Below, in pieces: positions 9,662-19,879 of a stretch of DNA of 64,000 nucleotides. Source of the DNA: a virus; the IMG/VR virus record IMGVR_UViG_3300044960_000439, one strand, 5' to 3'. The notes under the pieces were generated by a model. The model saw only the letters and a program-made list of their open reading frames with translations. It made no database searches and had not been told where the DNA came from. The translations under genes were made by a program, and so were the position numbers. How positions within the stretch are numbered: the first letter of the stretch is position 1; each line of letters starts with the position of its first letter.

Positions 9662-10994
9662 GAGTATTATTGTGGATAGGTCCTGGATAAATGTAACTTT
9701 ATCTTCTTTACTATCAGACCCCAGTATTGCTTACTTTGCTAGACCTATTCTTAAGTTTGAATACAAGCCTGATGAAACTGTTGTATATACTAAGCCAGCT
9801 AAGGATTTTATAATTCTGTATAACAAAAAATATAATGAGAAATATACTTCAGATTGCAAAGAGGTTGGGTATCTTAAATCCTCTATATTAGTTAGCGTAT
9901 TAAATTATGTATTGAATTATGTAATTAGAAGACAACATAGAGATAAGAAACTCTGGAAAATATGTGTTACTTTTGAAATAAATGAAATTTTGAGATATCT
10001 CAGAGTTGCAGGATTAGTCCTTCCACCGGAAGCTCTTCTTCCTAGTAACTTTGGTCTTCCACCCAATTTATTAGCTGAGCAGTATTACGACTTGTTAACT
10101 AATAAAAAGTCCAATAGCAATTCTAGTGGCTCGGATGAAGAAGGGGGATTCGGTTTTGATAGTAATGATGATGTAAATGATGAGAAAGCAAACGATAAAT
10201 CTGATAAAAGTGGTATATTGAAGAAAATACAAAGTAAAGTAGATAATAACAATAATTTTACTTCATCATACACCGACGAGATCTTTGACGAAGATTCTTC
10301 TTCTGAAAATATTGATACAAAAGCTTTATCTGCCCTATTTGCTAGCTCTCTAGCTCAAGCAATTAATTCTGGGCAACTTCCTGGCAATATGCCATTAGGA
10401 TTGAAAAGATTTGTAGATGCCATATTTAAGCCTGAAATAAATTGGAGACAGCAAGTTCTTGGCTTTATTAAACATATTCATGCCAAGACATTAGCTTCCA
10501 AACGTAGAACCTACTCTAGAGTAGCAAGACAAGAAATTCCTGGAATTATCCTTCCAGGAAGAATTGCTGATCAGACACGATTTGGTTTCTTATTTGATGT
10601 GTCTGGTAGCATGTCTGATGCTCAAGTATCTAAGTCTCTATCTGAGATGCTTGGATGCTTAAGGCAAATAAGAGCAGAAGCTTTAGTTTGGTCTTGCGAC
10701 ACGGACCTTCATTATATTAAGAAACTTAAATCGTCAGAGGCTAGTAAAGTTGTTAAAGAAGGTATAAAATTTATTGGTAGTGGTGGCACAGATATTGTTG
10801 ATTGCTTAGAGAAGTTATATACTGATCCTAAAGTAGATGCAAAAGAAATAAGTGCTTTTATTGTATTCACTGACGGCTATACTCATTGGCCTACTACAGA
10901 ACCTGTATGGTGGAGTAAATATCCAACCATAGTAGTACTTCTAGCTAATCACAAGATACCCAAGTGGGTGAGAAGTATTATGGTAAAAGAATGA
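9636..10994 (+). CDS. VWA-domain protein with DUF2201-like N-terminus (module 1)
   Basis: MIDAS FDVSGSM, GSGGTD, FTDG; INWRQ..L; acidic/Ser linker; adjacent to the AAA gene. Confidence 0.85.
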   Translation: MISWRCPLRSIIVDRSWINVTLSSLLSDPSIAYFARPILKFEYKPDETVVYTKPAKDFIILYNKKYNEKYTSDCKEVGYLKSSILVSVLNYVLNYVIRRQHRDKKLWKICVTFEINEILRYLRVAGLVLPPEALLPSNFGLPPNLLAEQYYDLLTNKKSNSNSSGSDEEGGFGFDSNDDVNDEKANDKSDKSGILKKIQSKVDNNNNFTSSYTDEIFDEDSSSENIDTKALSALFASSLAQAINSGQLPGNMPLGLKRFVDAIFKPEINWRQQVLGFIKHIHAKTLASKRRTYSRVARQEIPGIILPGRIADQTRFGFLFDVSGSMSDAQVSKSLSEMLGCLRQIRAEALVWSCDTDLHYIKKLKSSEASKVVKEGIKFIGSGGTDIVDCLEKLYTDPKVDAKEISAFIVFTDGYTHWPTTEPVWWSKYPTIVVLLANHKIPKWVRSIMVKE

Positions 10995-10998
10995 CTAT

Positions 10999-11044
10999 AC
11001 TGCTACTAGGTCTTAGGATCTAGTAGCAGTTTTTTTAGCTCAAA
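10999..11044 (+). terminator. Terminator hairpin with TTTTTTTAGCTCAAA tail
   Basis: ACTGCTACTAG/CTAGTAGCAGT 11-bp stem then TTTTTTAGCT. Confidence 0.75.
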
Positions 11045-11053
11045 AGTGATAAC

Positions 11054-11524
11054 ATGAAGCGCATCGTAACAAAAGTTAAGGATTTATTAAGACGTAAACC
11101 ACGTAAACATAAACTTGTCATAGACAAATTAGACATAGAAGGTTTAACCATAAAATGTCTGCGTTGTGGTCTTACTATAAGTACTAATGCTATTACATTA
11201 TCTAGGAAGATTCATCCTTTCTCTTGTGCACAGTTCTTTGAACATATAGGTTCCGTTTTAGATCAACCTTGTAAATCAAAGCCTATTACATACTTACAAA
11301 GGGTCCTGAGTTTCTCTTATTACATGTTGAGATTATACTTGATAGATAGATCTCTATTAAGCCAGTCTGAAATAAATAAAAGATTCAGCATTTGCTCCGC
11401 TTGCGCCTTCCATAATAAATTAGAAGGTAGATGTGGAGTTTGTGGTTGTAGAGTTAATTCTAAGAAGCATCCTCTAAACAAATTAGCCCATAAAACTACG
11501 TCATGTCCAAAAGGTTTTTGGTAA
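11054..11524 (+). CDS. Cys-rich Zn-binding protein (DUF6171-like C-terminus)
   Basis: RFSICSACAF..EGRCGVCGC..NKLAHKTTSCPKGFW; N-terminal CLRC. Confidence 0.65.
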   Translation: MKRIVTKVKDLLRRKPRKHKLVIDKLDIEGLTIKCLRCGLTISTNAITLSRKIHPFSCAQFFEHIGSVLDQPCKSKPITYLQRVLSFSYYMLRLYLIDRSLLSQSEINKRFSICSACAFHNKLEGRCGVCGCRVNSKKHPLNKLAHKTTSCPKGFW

Positions 11525-11533
11525 TAAACTCTT

Positions 11534-12187
11534 ATGGTATATATACTTAAATCAGGTGAATGTAATTATTACTCTCATCTATACGTACCTGAAGAGGCTC
11601 CGGTAACAACAGATAAAAGGCCTTTTATCACTCAAGAATTAGTTTCTAAAATAGAGAAAGCAATAAATAAAGGTAGGAAAGATATATCAATATGCAAGAA
11701 ATATAACGTAAGTCCTTTTGTCGTAAGTCTTATAAGGCAAAGATTACAAGAAGAAAATCTATTTGACGTTCCTTTCTTTAGAGATTTATTACTAGATGAA
11801 AAGATATCTGTACAATATGATAAATTTAAAAATTGGATGAAAGAGGAAGGTCTAAAAGCCTTTGACAAACAAGATCTTAATCTTCTATTAAAGAAATACT
11901 GTCAACCATCTTCTCTATCTTTCTCCAGATTTGTTATCCGTCTTCTTGGAAGACTTAAGTTCTTAATTTATACGGCTTTAACTGGTTTAGATACGATACA
12001 CTTGATAAGGCTGGAGAAGGCCATAGAAAAAGGATATAATTTTAGAACTCCTACTTGTTGGAATCTAGTAGTAGGGTATCCTATAGATGACTCCTATAAG
12101 AAGGTAATTCTTAGAACAGTAAGATTAGTCTTGCATAAGGTAAAACGGAAGAGTCATAATAAAAACAAATCTGTAAAAAAGAAATAA
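11534..12187 (+). CDS. Hypothetical protein, possible N-terminal HTH
   Basis: ORF track; KAINKGRKDISICKKYNVSPFVVSLIR resembles an HTH. Confidence 0.55.
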   Translation: MVYILKSGECNYYSHLYVPEEAPVTTDKRPFITQELVSKIEKAINKGRKDISICKKYNVSPFVVSLIRQRLQEENLFDVPFFRDLLLDEKISVQYDKFKNWMKEEGLKAFDKQDLNLLLKKYCQPSSLSFSRFVIRLLGRLKFLIYTALTGLDTIHLIRLEKAIEKGYNFRTPTCWNLVVGYPIDDSYKKVILRTVRLVLHKVKRKSHNKNKSVKKK

Positions 12188-12249
12188 CGTCAATTCTGTT
12201 ATTTTAAACAGAATTTTACTTGTCACAAAACTCATTGGAGTAAAGAGTT

Positions 12250-13239
12250 ATGTTCACACTGCCTTTCGTCTTAAGTCTGCTTCTTACCGGTCAAGATGAT
12301 ATTAATGTACCTCCTCTGGCTCTCAGAGAAATCATGAGAAGAGGAGCAATGGTTGTAGAAACAGATGCTAATTATCGTGAAGATAGTGAGTTAGCATCTG
12401 TAGTAGAGGCGATGGCTCCGCCTCCTGATGACTCTCATAAATGGTTTTTCACACTAGTAGTCACTGATGGCTGCAAATGGTGTGAAAAGATGAAATCTGA
12501 TTTTGATAATAATGAGAAATTAAAAGCCTGGGTAGATACTAAAGATTGGAAGAATTCCTGGGCACATTGGCAGGTTGTAAGATATGAAGATCCTACTCAA
12601 GCATGGCGATGGCAATATTTTAAACCCAAAGGTTTCCCAACATTGATTGTACAACCCCCGATAAATGGAAGCTGGGGCGATCCCAAAACTATTGTCTACC
12701 TTAGAACTGGTTATTTAGAACCAAGTAAATTAGACGCTGAGATTCGTAGAGCTATTAAATCATATTGTAGAAAAGTTCATCCAGAACACATTTCTTGGAA
12801 ATCTAGTAGAGCTAATAGTAATGCTAATACAGAAATCCCTAAAAAGGCTAATCCTCCTAAATTACTTATTACTAACACTGCTTGGTATAGCTCTAGCAAT
12901 GATGATAGTGATGTCGGCCAATACGAGGGGCCGAAGCCCCCTTTTACCCCAGCCCCGAAGGTTCCTCCGGTTCCGGTGACACCGGACGACAAATATCCAG
13001 ATCAAATTCCTCCTTACCCTTTTTACAGGGAAGTTCCAAGAACTGTTACTATCCCTATCCCGAATTTGTCGGATCCGGCATCGCTAAATACTATAATGCT
13101 AGTTATTCTTCTGGGTATGCATGGTTGGGTGATTTACAGGATACTAGCAAAGAAACTGAACATCCCACTGATGCTGACGGACGAACAGTTCAACAATCTG
13201 ATGAAAGTGTTGGGCATGAAAGACAAAGATCAGTCTTAA
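12250..13239 (+). CDS. Exported thioredoxin-fold protein with Pro-rich linker and C-terminal TM segment
   Basis: Hydrophobic N-terminus, CKWC (CxxC), GFPTLIV cis-Pro region, Pro-rich stretch, hydrophobic IMLVILLGMHGWVIY. Confidence 0.7.
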   Translation: MFTLPFVLSLLLTGQDDINVPPLALREIMRRGAMVVETDANYREDSELASVVEAMAPPPDDSHKWFFTLVVTDGCKWCEKMKSDFDNNEKLKAWVDTKDWKNSWAHWQVVRYEDPTQAWRWQYFKPKGFPTLIVQPPINGSWGDPKTIVYLRTGYLEPSKLDAEIRRAIKSYCRKVHPEHISWKSSRANSNANTEIPKKANPPKLLITNTAWYSSSNDDSDVGQYEGPKPPFTPAPKVPPVPVTPDDKYPDQIPPYPFYREVPRTVTIPIPNLSDPASLNTIMLVILLGMHGWVIYRILAKKLNIPLMLTDEQFNNLMKVLGMKDKDQS

Positions 13240-13524
13240 GCCAAGTACTTAACGTACTATTTCAGGTAGGGAAAGCCTTGTTATACTGGTTTTCTCTTCC
13301 TGTACTAGTAGATAAATGGATAACGTTGATATTTTTATTGGTATTGTTATACCTCACTGTTAAAGTTGTAACATTGTTTTTTGGTAAATAATTACTAGGA
13401 GAAAATTATGCAAGTGAATAGCGACTTGATTTATTTAGCCTTAAATGTTGTTTCTGTTGTGCTTTTATATAGGATTTGGACTGTATTAACTGAAAAATTG
13501 AAATAATGTAAGAAGAATCACACT

Positions 13525-14313
13525 ATGGTTCCAGATAATTCTGGTCCACAAGACTGTTGTTGTGATGACTATGACTATTTGGTAATAGGAGAAGGTTTCG
13601 TTGTTCCTCGCTTCGGGCGTCCTATTGTAGATGATTTCTGTTTGGGTCCTAAAGAATGGGAATACTCAGTTGTTCAGCTTCCGTCAAGTCAAGTAGATTA
13701 TCAAGTTAATGCACAACAATATAGTATAGGGGTAACTTTTAATTTTCCTGATACTATACCAGGACCTGAGGATCCTTGTTTTCTATTTTATATTCGTCCT
13801 GGTACATGGAAATATTATCATGATTACAAAACATGTGGTTTCGATGTTTATTTTACAGCTAAAAAAATATTTCCAGTAGATCCTTTTCCGCAGTTAAGAC
13901 CGGAAAAAAAAGTTAGAGTTACTGTAAATGCAACACATAAAACGCTGGGTAGTGTTTTCCCTGTAGACAGACGATATGCAGCTATCAGCTCTGCCTGGTT
14001 TGACGTAAAGGGGTGTGGTACTCTTCTTCCTTCGGTTCCTTTTTCGACTTCTTTCGGTTCTAATGCTTACTCTAAATTTTATCCGAGCCTAAGCACAACC
14101 TTCGATTGTAGCTCAAAAAACTGTCCTAGTCCTATTAATGTTACAGGTTGGACCTGTCAGAGTGAAGATATAGATCTAGATCACACGGTTGATATTTCAG
14201 GGTCACATATACGTGTCATTGTTGGGTGTAGATATAAATCCGGGTTCTCATTTTGTTTCCCATCATCTGTATCAACTAACTTTACTATTTCTGTAGAAGA
14301 AGATGATCCTTAG
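13525..14313 (+). CDS. Cys-rich, beta-rich putative virion protein
   Basis: N-terminal CCCDD; composition and position among structural-type genes. Confidence 0.5.
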   Translation: MVPDNSGPQDCCCDDYDYLVIGEGFVVPRFGRPIVDDFCLGPKEWEYSVVQLPSSQVDYQVNAQQYSIGVTFNFPDTIPGPEDPCFLFYIRPGTWKYYHDYKTCGFDVYFTAKKIFPVDPFPQLRPEKKVRVTVNATHKTLGSVFPVDRRYAAISSAWFDVKGCGTLLPSVPFSTSFGSNAYSKFYPSLSTTFDCSSKNCPSPINVTGWTCQSEDIDLDHTVDISGSHIRVIVGCRYKSGFSFCFPSSVSTNFTISVEEDDP

Positions 14314-14324
14314 TTATTTAATCT

Positions 14325-15644
14325 ATGTTAGTATTTAAATGCATAAAATGTAAATCTTTAGTTTCTGTAGAACAGCATTTTCCAATAACACATTGCGGTC
14401 TAGTTTATGATATAACCCCTTCTGGTATCCGAATAAGAGAAGAAAACGAATTTTCGACTTCTTCTGAGCCTGAAAAAGTTTCTCTAGATCAAGTAACCGC
14501 TTTAATAGTTAGCTTCCGTAGATTCGATTGTCTCCGAGAAACTATTGATTCCATATATTATCTATATCCATCTCTAAAGATATTAGTTGTAGATAACTCT
14601 GGTTCCGGTAAAGAGGATAATGAAGACTATTGGTATTGCATAAAGCATCCACAAGTAACATGGATTGACGCAGAATTTGATGCTGGGTTAGCTAGATGCA
14701 GAAATATAGGGATATCTAACATAGATACTGAATATGTCTTATATACGGACGATGATGATGCTTTACACCCTTCTTCTAGCATTGAAGATGCTATTAGAGT
14801 TTTAAATGAAACTGGGGCATCTTTAGTGTCTGGTATTCTTGTTAAAGATAAAATGGCATCTATGTGGATAAGTCAAATAGATTTGAATCTTTATAATAAA
14901 ACCCGTGAGGCCAAAGATATTGTAGAAATAAATGTGCTTAATGATAAAAAACTACTGAATTGGTTATATACAGAGAAAAGTAGGTTACCTTACATCAAAA
15001 GTGATAAGTATTTGAATATCTTCGTTGCACGTACAAGCATGTTAAAGAAATATCCTTGGAATAATAGACTTAAAATATCGGGAGAACATTATGCTCATAT
15101 TGTTACGTTAAAACAAAATTCGGTTGTTAGCGTATACTCTCCAGTATTAGTATCTTACTTAGTTCGAAACTCGAAACAAACTAGGACTGATAATTATCTT
15201 GATTTCAGAAGACGAAAACAATTTAGTAAAGAATGGGTTTCAAACTGGGAATGTATTAGTGCTCTTAACTTTCCTGTCATTAAGGAACATGAAACTGTAG
15301 ATAAACAAAGTAAGACTAAAGTAGTTGTTTCAGAAGCTTCTCGGTTGAAACCTATCAAAGCTTGTTTTAATTTACTTGGATATTCTACTATCAATGATTT
15401 ATCTGCTTTAGAAGAATTGAAGGATAGGACTACAGTTTTACTGGATTCATCTTCTCTATTGGAAATTGATTTAAATAAGCTTAATAAATACAAGCCAGAT
15501 CTATTATTCGACAAAGATTTAATCAATTTAAATAAAAATGAATCTTCCCTGGAAAAACATAGATTAAAGCATATTATAGATTGGTGGCCTTGGAATAAGC
15601 AAAGTTTGGATTTCAATATCTTCGAAGAAGTTTTGTCGGAGTAA
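14325..15644 (+). CDS. GT2 glycosyltransferase with N-terminal Zn-ribbon-like segment and degenerate sulfotransferase-like C-terminus
   Basis: VTALIVSFRR, ILVVDNS, GLARCRN, YVLYTDDD; paralogous to 20703..22040. Confidence 0.75.
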   Translation: MLVFKCIKCKSLVSVEQHFPITHCGLVYDITPSGIRIREENEFSTSSEPEKVSLDQVTALIVSFRRFDCLRETIDSIYYLYPSLKILVVDNSGSGKEDNEDYWYCIKHPQVTWIDAEFDAGLARCRNIGISNIDTEYVLYTDDDDALHPSSSIEDAIRVLNETGASLVSGILVKDKMASMWISQIDLNLYNKTREAKDIVEINVLNDKKLLNWLYTEKSRLPYIKSDKYLNIFVARTSMLKKYPWNNRLKISGEHYAHIVTLKQNSVVSVYSPVLVSYLVRNSKQTRTDNYLDFRRRKQFSKEWVSNWECISALNFPVIKEHETVDKQSKTKVVVSEASRLKPIKACFNLLGYSTINDLSALEELKDRTTVLLDSSSLLEIDLNKLNKYKPDLLFDKDLINLNKNESSLEKHRLKHIIDWWPWNKQSLDFNIFEEVLSE

Positions 15645-15760
15645 TTGAAATGTGTTTCGAATTACTAGTGCTCGTAATACTAGGTTTCATATTGTGGCAG
15701 TTCTTATCTAATAAGAATGTTAAAGATAAATAATTTACTTCTTTCTTAAGGGCTGAGATT

Positions 15761-16030
15761 ATGAGCAAATTACTATTCTACCTAACTTCTTTCACCATAG
15801 CTGCTGGCGTGTTAGCTCCAGCTCCTCCTGTAGTAAACTACCATACTTACATCTCAGAAGATGAAACAGATAATGTAACACTTCTTACTCCTGAGAGTAA
15901 AAAAGATAGTCCTAAGCCTAAAACACAAGAAAGTAATACAAAAGCTCTTAATGATAGACCTACATATTCTAATCCTAATTATTACTATCCTAGTAGTCCA
16001 CGGTTCCGTTTGTTCCCTTTTCGTAGATAG
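15761..16030 (+). CDS. Small exported protein
   Basis: Signal-peptide-like N-terminus. Confidence 0.6.
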   Translation: MSKLLFYLTSFTIAAGVLAPAPPVVNYHTYISEDETDNVTLLTPESKKDSPKPKTQESNTKALNDRPTYSNPNYYYPSSPRFRLFPFRR

Positions 16031-16041
16031 ATAGGAGTGTT

Positions 16042-16311
16042 ATGGTAAAAAGACGTAAGTCTACTAGTAGTAATGGGAAGGTTGACAATCACAAGAAGCA
16101 ACAGAATAATGGCAGTAATAACACTAATAACGAACCTAAAATCTGTTGCTTATGTGAAAAGAAGGTAGTAGACTACTACAGAAGTAAACCAAAGTTTGCT
16201 AGAAAAGAATACTATTATTGCCCACGCTGTTTTGAAGACTATATTAGAAGGTTTACTAGAGAAGCTATTTACTGTGATGAAAGGTTAAGTATCAAAGAAA
16301 AACTATTTTAA
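16042..16311 (+). CDS. Small Zn-finger protein
   Basis: CCLCEKK ... YYYCPRCFE; AGGAG SD. Confidence 0.6.
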   Translation: MVKRRKSTSSNGKVDNHKKQQNNGSNNTNNEPKICCLCEKKVVDYYRSKPKFARKEYYYCPRCFEDYIRRFTREAIYCDERLSIKEKLF

Positions 16312-16326
16312 AAGTGAGGATTATAA

Positions 16327-16524
16327 ATGAGGTACCAAGTGTATATTACAAGATCTATTAAGAATCATAATGTAATTAACAAAATGGCAGAATTTAATTC
16401 TGCATATTTAGCTACTAATAAAGCTAAGAATCTAGAAAGAAGCGGTAAGTTCAAAGAGGTTTTCGTGTATGACTACGACACTAACAGTGTCGTGTATCCC
16501 CGTTCCGATTCAGATAAGAGATAA
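16327..16524 (+). CDS. Small hypothetical protein
   Basis: ORF track; GAGGA SD. Confidence 0.6.
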   Translation: MRYQVYITRSIKNHNVINKMAEFNSAYLATNKAKNLERSGKFKEVFVYDYDTNSVVYPRSDSDKR

Positions 16525-16527
16525 GGA

Positions 16528-16926
16528 ATGGAAGCCTTACTTTGTTCCACCATTTTATCTTTAGTAGCAACAGTCCCTGTTTCAGACTTCTTTATTAGTC
16601 AGACAGTAGATATTATAGAAAAGAATCATATATACTCTGACTATGGAGATCTGAGATTTGTACAAGTAATTTTCTGGCAATGGGATGATGAAAAGAATAG
16701 ATTTCAAGTAGTTGACTGGAAACAATTTAAATCAGAAATGAAGATAGAATATTATGTAAATGGAAAAGTATCCATGACATTTTCGGAGGACGGTAGCTTT
16801 AGAAAGATATACGCAAGAACTTACTATGAAACCCATTACCAGTGGGATCCAGAAATGGAAGAACGTAAGATTCTTCCTTTGGAAAATAGAAAAAGACTGA
16901 AACCCATTTTTAGAAAATTCAACTAA
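16528..16926 (+). CDS. Exported hypothetical protein resembling a Planctomycete-conserved family
   Basis: Signal peptide then VDIIEKNHIYSDYGDLRFVQVIFWQW, recalled from Planctomycetota hypothetical proteins; not searched. Confidence 0.55.
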   Translation: MEALLCSTILSLVATVPVSDFFISQTVDIIEKNHIYSDYGDLRFVQVIFWQWDDEKNRFQVVDWKQFKSEMKIEYYVNGKVSMTFSEDGSFRKIYARTYYETHYQWDPEMEERKILPLENRKRLKPIFRKFN

Positions 16927-17633
16927 TGTCCTTTGTATACCCTTTCGGTATACGTAAATTACTATTAGATGGCAATTGGCAGACTGATGTATTTAAAGCT
17001 CTGCTGGTAAAAGGAACTTCTACTTATTCCCCAAGCCCCGATCATAAATATGTATCTGACTTAGGTACTAATTTTGAACTAGCTCTCAATGGCTATTCTA
17101 GAATTCTAGTTACTAACAAAGCTATCAATTTGCCATCGAATTCTAGAATTCTGTATTTAACATGTAATTCACTTAATTTTGGGGCTATTCAAACCACACC
17201 TCCTGGTCAGGACCTATCCGTCAAGGCTGTAATAGTCTATAGACGGGTAGGTCCTGACGACTCTACTCCGGCAGATGATGAGCTTCTTCTTTACTATGAT
17301 GGTAAAACTAGAATAAAATTAGCTGCTCCTGCTAGACCAGGAGATAATACTATTTATGTAGATCCATTATTATTTACAATGGCTCCAGGTACCGTTTTAC
17401 AATTGACAGATGGAGCTAATTATGCTACTTGTACAGTAGAAAGTTATAATAGTCCTGGTACTAGAGCTTTATCTTTAAGCAATCCAGTACAAGGTCAAAC
17501 AATATCAGAAGGCGGCTATAGCAATGATATAGATATAGCTAATCCTGGCGGTAAATTTCCTTTCACAATAGGTGGTGGTGTTATTTCTATAAACGTACCA
17601 GATACAGGAATAATAAGAGTCGTTTCTGTCTGA
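16926..17633 (+). CDS. Putative virion/tail structural protein
   Basis: FKALLVKGTSTYSPSPDHKYVSDL..FEL..GYSR pattern typical of tail-associated proteins. Confidence 0.6.
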   Translation: MSFVYPFGIRKLLLDGNWQTDVFKALLVKGTSTYSPSPDHKYVSDLGTNFELALNGYSRILVTNKAINLPSNSRILYLTCNSLNFGAIQTTPPGQDLSVKAVIVYRRVGPDDSTPADDELLLYYDGKTRIKLAAPARPGDNTIYVDPLLFTMAPGTVLQLTDGANYATCTVESYNSPGTRALSLSNPVQGQTISEGGYSNDIDIANPGGKFPFTIGGGVISINVPDTGIIRVVSV

Positions 17634-17655
17634 CATATAATAAGAGGATTAAGAC

Positions 17656-18732
17656 ATGTTAGAAAAACTGTTCTCTGCTAAGCTATTTCATTATTTCTTG
17701 AAAAGATTACGTCCTTTTGGATTTGAAACTAGAATAATAATGTATCCTGAATGTGGGAGTTATGCTCACATGACAGGTATTGAATATCCTTTATCTGGGT
17801 GTCTTTCTCATGCAACTTCTTATATCCTTGACGACCTGGATTTCTGGACTAAAGGTTTTCCTAAGAGAGCTACCCACGAACAGATAGTAAAAGCAATTCT
17901 TCGTTATCTTGCTAATAGAAAACTTGCTTTTAAGAAGAAGTTGAAAGAATTAGGCTCAAATATCATTTGGAGTTTAAGTGATTCTTATGAAAATGATTTA
18001 TTAAAATTAGAGTTTTTGAATCAAAATATTACTAACTATAGTGGCGACAGCGGTGCTGGTAGTGATTTTGATCTTAGAGGCTCCGTTACAGCCGGTAATT
18101 TCTACGTAAGTTTACATTCCAGTAGTCCAGGGGAAAGTGCAACTGAAGCACAGTTTAATAGTACTGAATTGAGCTATTCTGGATACACTAAAGTATCTAT
18201 TCCAAGAAGTACTAGCGGTTGGACTGTTAGCAATAACACCGTTCAAAATGCTGGTGAAGTTACTTTTGCCACTAATAACGGAAGCGACCAGACAGCTATG
18301 TTTAGTGCTTTAAGTAACGGGCTAACTGGTACTAAATTTAGATACTATAGGTATTCTGCTTTAACCGTTAGTAATGCTCAATGGATTCCTTTTACTTCTA
18401 TTGATGCAAGCGATTCACTCAGAATAAGTCAAACTGGTGTTACATTTGCTAATGACGACTATGTAGCTATTGCACCTGCCTATGATGGATCATTACCCGG
18501 TGGTCTTCAGGGTATGGAGACTCTTAGCAAGAAAGTCTACAAAATTGCTAATGTCAACGTTTCAGGTTCTATCATAACTTTCACCTTGAAGGACTATGAT
18601 ACTAACACCGACGTTGCTCTTAGCAGTGAAGGTTGTGGTGTACTTATCAAAGCTAAACCTCTTGTAGTAAGAGGTGGCGGAACTGATCAGCCTCGCTTTG
18701 CGGCAGGTAATATTAGAATCAAAGTAGATTAG
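17656..18732 (+). CDS. Tail-associated structural protein with an extra ~110-aa N-terminal domain
   Basis: SLSDSYENDLLKL..FYVSLHSSSPGE..ELSYSGYTKVSIPR..GWTV..NAGEVTF is a widespread phage tail protein pattern. Confidence 0.65.
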   Translation: MLEKLFSAKLFHYFLKRLRPFGFETRIIMYPECGSYAHMTGIEYPLSGCLSHATSYILDDLDFWTKGFPKRATHEQIVKAILRYLANRKLAFKKKLKELGSNIIWSLSDSYENDLLKLEFLNQNITNYSGDSGAGSDFDLRGSVTAGNFYVSLHSSSPGESATEAQFNSTELSYSGYTKVSIPRSTSGWTVSNNTVQNAGEVTFATNNGSDQTAMFSALSNGLTGTKFRYYRYSALTVSNAQWIPFTSIDASDSLRISQTGVTFANDDYVAIAPAYDGSLPGGLQGMETLSKKVYKIANVNVSGSIITFTLKDYDTNTDVALSSEGCGVLIKAKPLVVRGGGTDQPRFAAGNIRIKVD

Positions 18733-18786
18733 TTTATTTTTTAGCTATCACTTTCCCCTACTTCTAGCTTTGCTACTAGAGATACT

Positions 18787-19524
18787 ATGTTTTGGTATAT
18801 TTCAACACCATATTCTAAATATCCTCTAGGAATAGAGCAGGCTTATAAAGATGCCTGTGAAGCTGCCACCTTCTTCATGGCTAATAAAATCCCAGTATAT
18901 TGTCCCATAGCTCAAACTCATATTGCTGATGACTTATTGGACAAATTTTCTGGGGATGATTGGCTGCAGATAGATTTACAAGTTTTAAATGAGGCTTTTG
19001 GTCTGCTAGTTATTAAAATGCCAGGCTGGGAAACCTCTCATGGAGTAACAGTAGAGGTAGACTTTGCTACTAAGAAGAATAAGCCAATAATATATATTGA
19101 TTGGCCCCTACCCTCCTCTATCCCTGATGAAATAATTAAGTATATGGACGCGGTTAAAGAAAATCCAAAAGATGCTACTAGCAAAGACAAATTACCATTA
19201 GATTTAATTCCACCTATCAGTGAATATCAAGTAGCTATGTGTTTAAAGCACGGAGCAGATAAATATACAGCTTGGAATTGGAGATCTACTCCTATTAAGT
19301 TGTCTAGATACATAGCTGCTATTAAGAGACATTTGCTACAAGTAAGCTTAGGAAATTGGATAGATCCAGAATCTGGACAACCTCATGTAGCGCATATAGC
19401 AGCTACCTGTGCTATACTGATGGATGCCGCTCACCATAATTGTATAATATATGACTATCCACCAGGAACTGTGCTAGGAGAAAATCGTGATGCCCAGGCA
19501 TCCGATAATAAAGGTGGTAAATAA
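18787..19524 (+). CDS. DUF1937-like domain fused to dATP/dGTP diphosphohydrolase domain (DUF5664/PF18909-like)
   Basis: N: YISTPYS..VYCPIAQTH; C: NPKDATSKDKLPLDLIPP, GADKYTAWNWR, AIKRHL, DPESGQPHVAHIAA. Confidence 0.8.
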   Translation: MFWYISTPYSKYPLGIEQAYKDACEAATFFMANKIPVYCPIAQTHIADDLLDKFSGDDWLQIDLQVLNEAFGLLVIKMPGWETSHGVTVEVDFATKKNKPIIYIDWPLPSSIPDEIIKYMDAVKENPKDATSKDKLPLDLIPPISEYQVAMCLKHGADKYTAWNWRSTPIKLSRYIAAIKRHLLQVSLGNWIDPESGQPHVAHIAATCAILMDAAHHNCIIYDYPPGTVLGENRDAQASDNKGGK

Positions 19525-19864
19525 ATTACGAGATAAGTTTCCTCCTGCTTATCCTGTGAAGATAGTATTCAATAAGAATATTAACAGTTCCTGCTTGGGT
19601 TTATGTACTTTAGTAAAACAAGGAAGGAAAAGCATATTTAGAATATCATTGACAGACTACATAAATAACTACCCAGACGAATATCAAGATTTGGCTAGCT
19701 CTGTGATGTTAGAATCCCTAATACATGAATGGGCACACGCCCTGAATTGGTCTCACTTACATGATAATAATGAAGAACATCCTATTCATGACGAGACATG
19801 GGGTGTCTGGTATGCTAAGCTCTATAATTATATCTTTTATGAAATTAAAGATCCTTGGGTTTAA
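19487..19864 (+). CDS. Small HExxH zinc metallopeptidase-like protein
   Basis: SLIHEWAHAL plus downstream HDETWG. Confidence 0.7.
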   Translation: MMPRHPIIKVVNKLRDKFPPAYPVKIVFNKNINSSCLGLCTLVKQGRKSIFRISLTDYINNYPDEYQDLASSVMLESLIHEWAHALNWSHLHDNNEEHPIHDETWGVWYAKLYNYIFYEIKDPWV

Positions 19865-19879
19865 TTTCTACGGTGGTCT

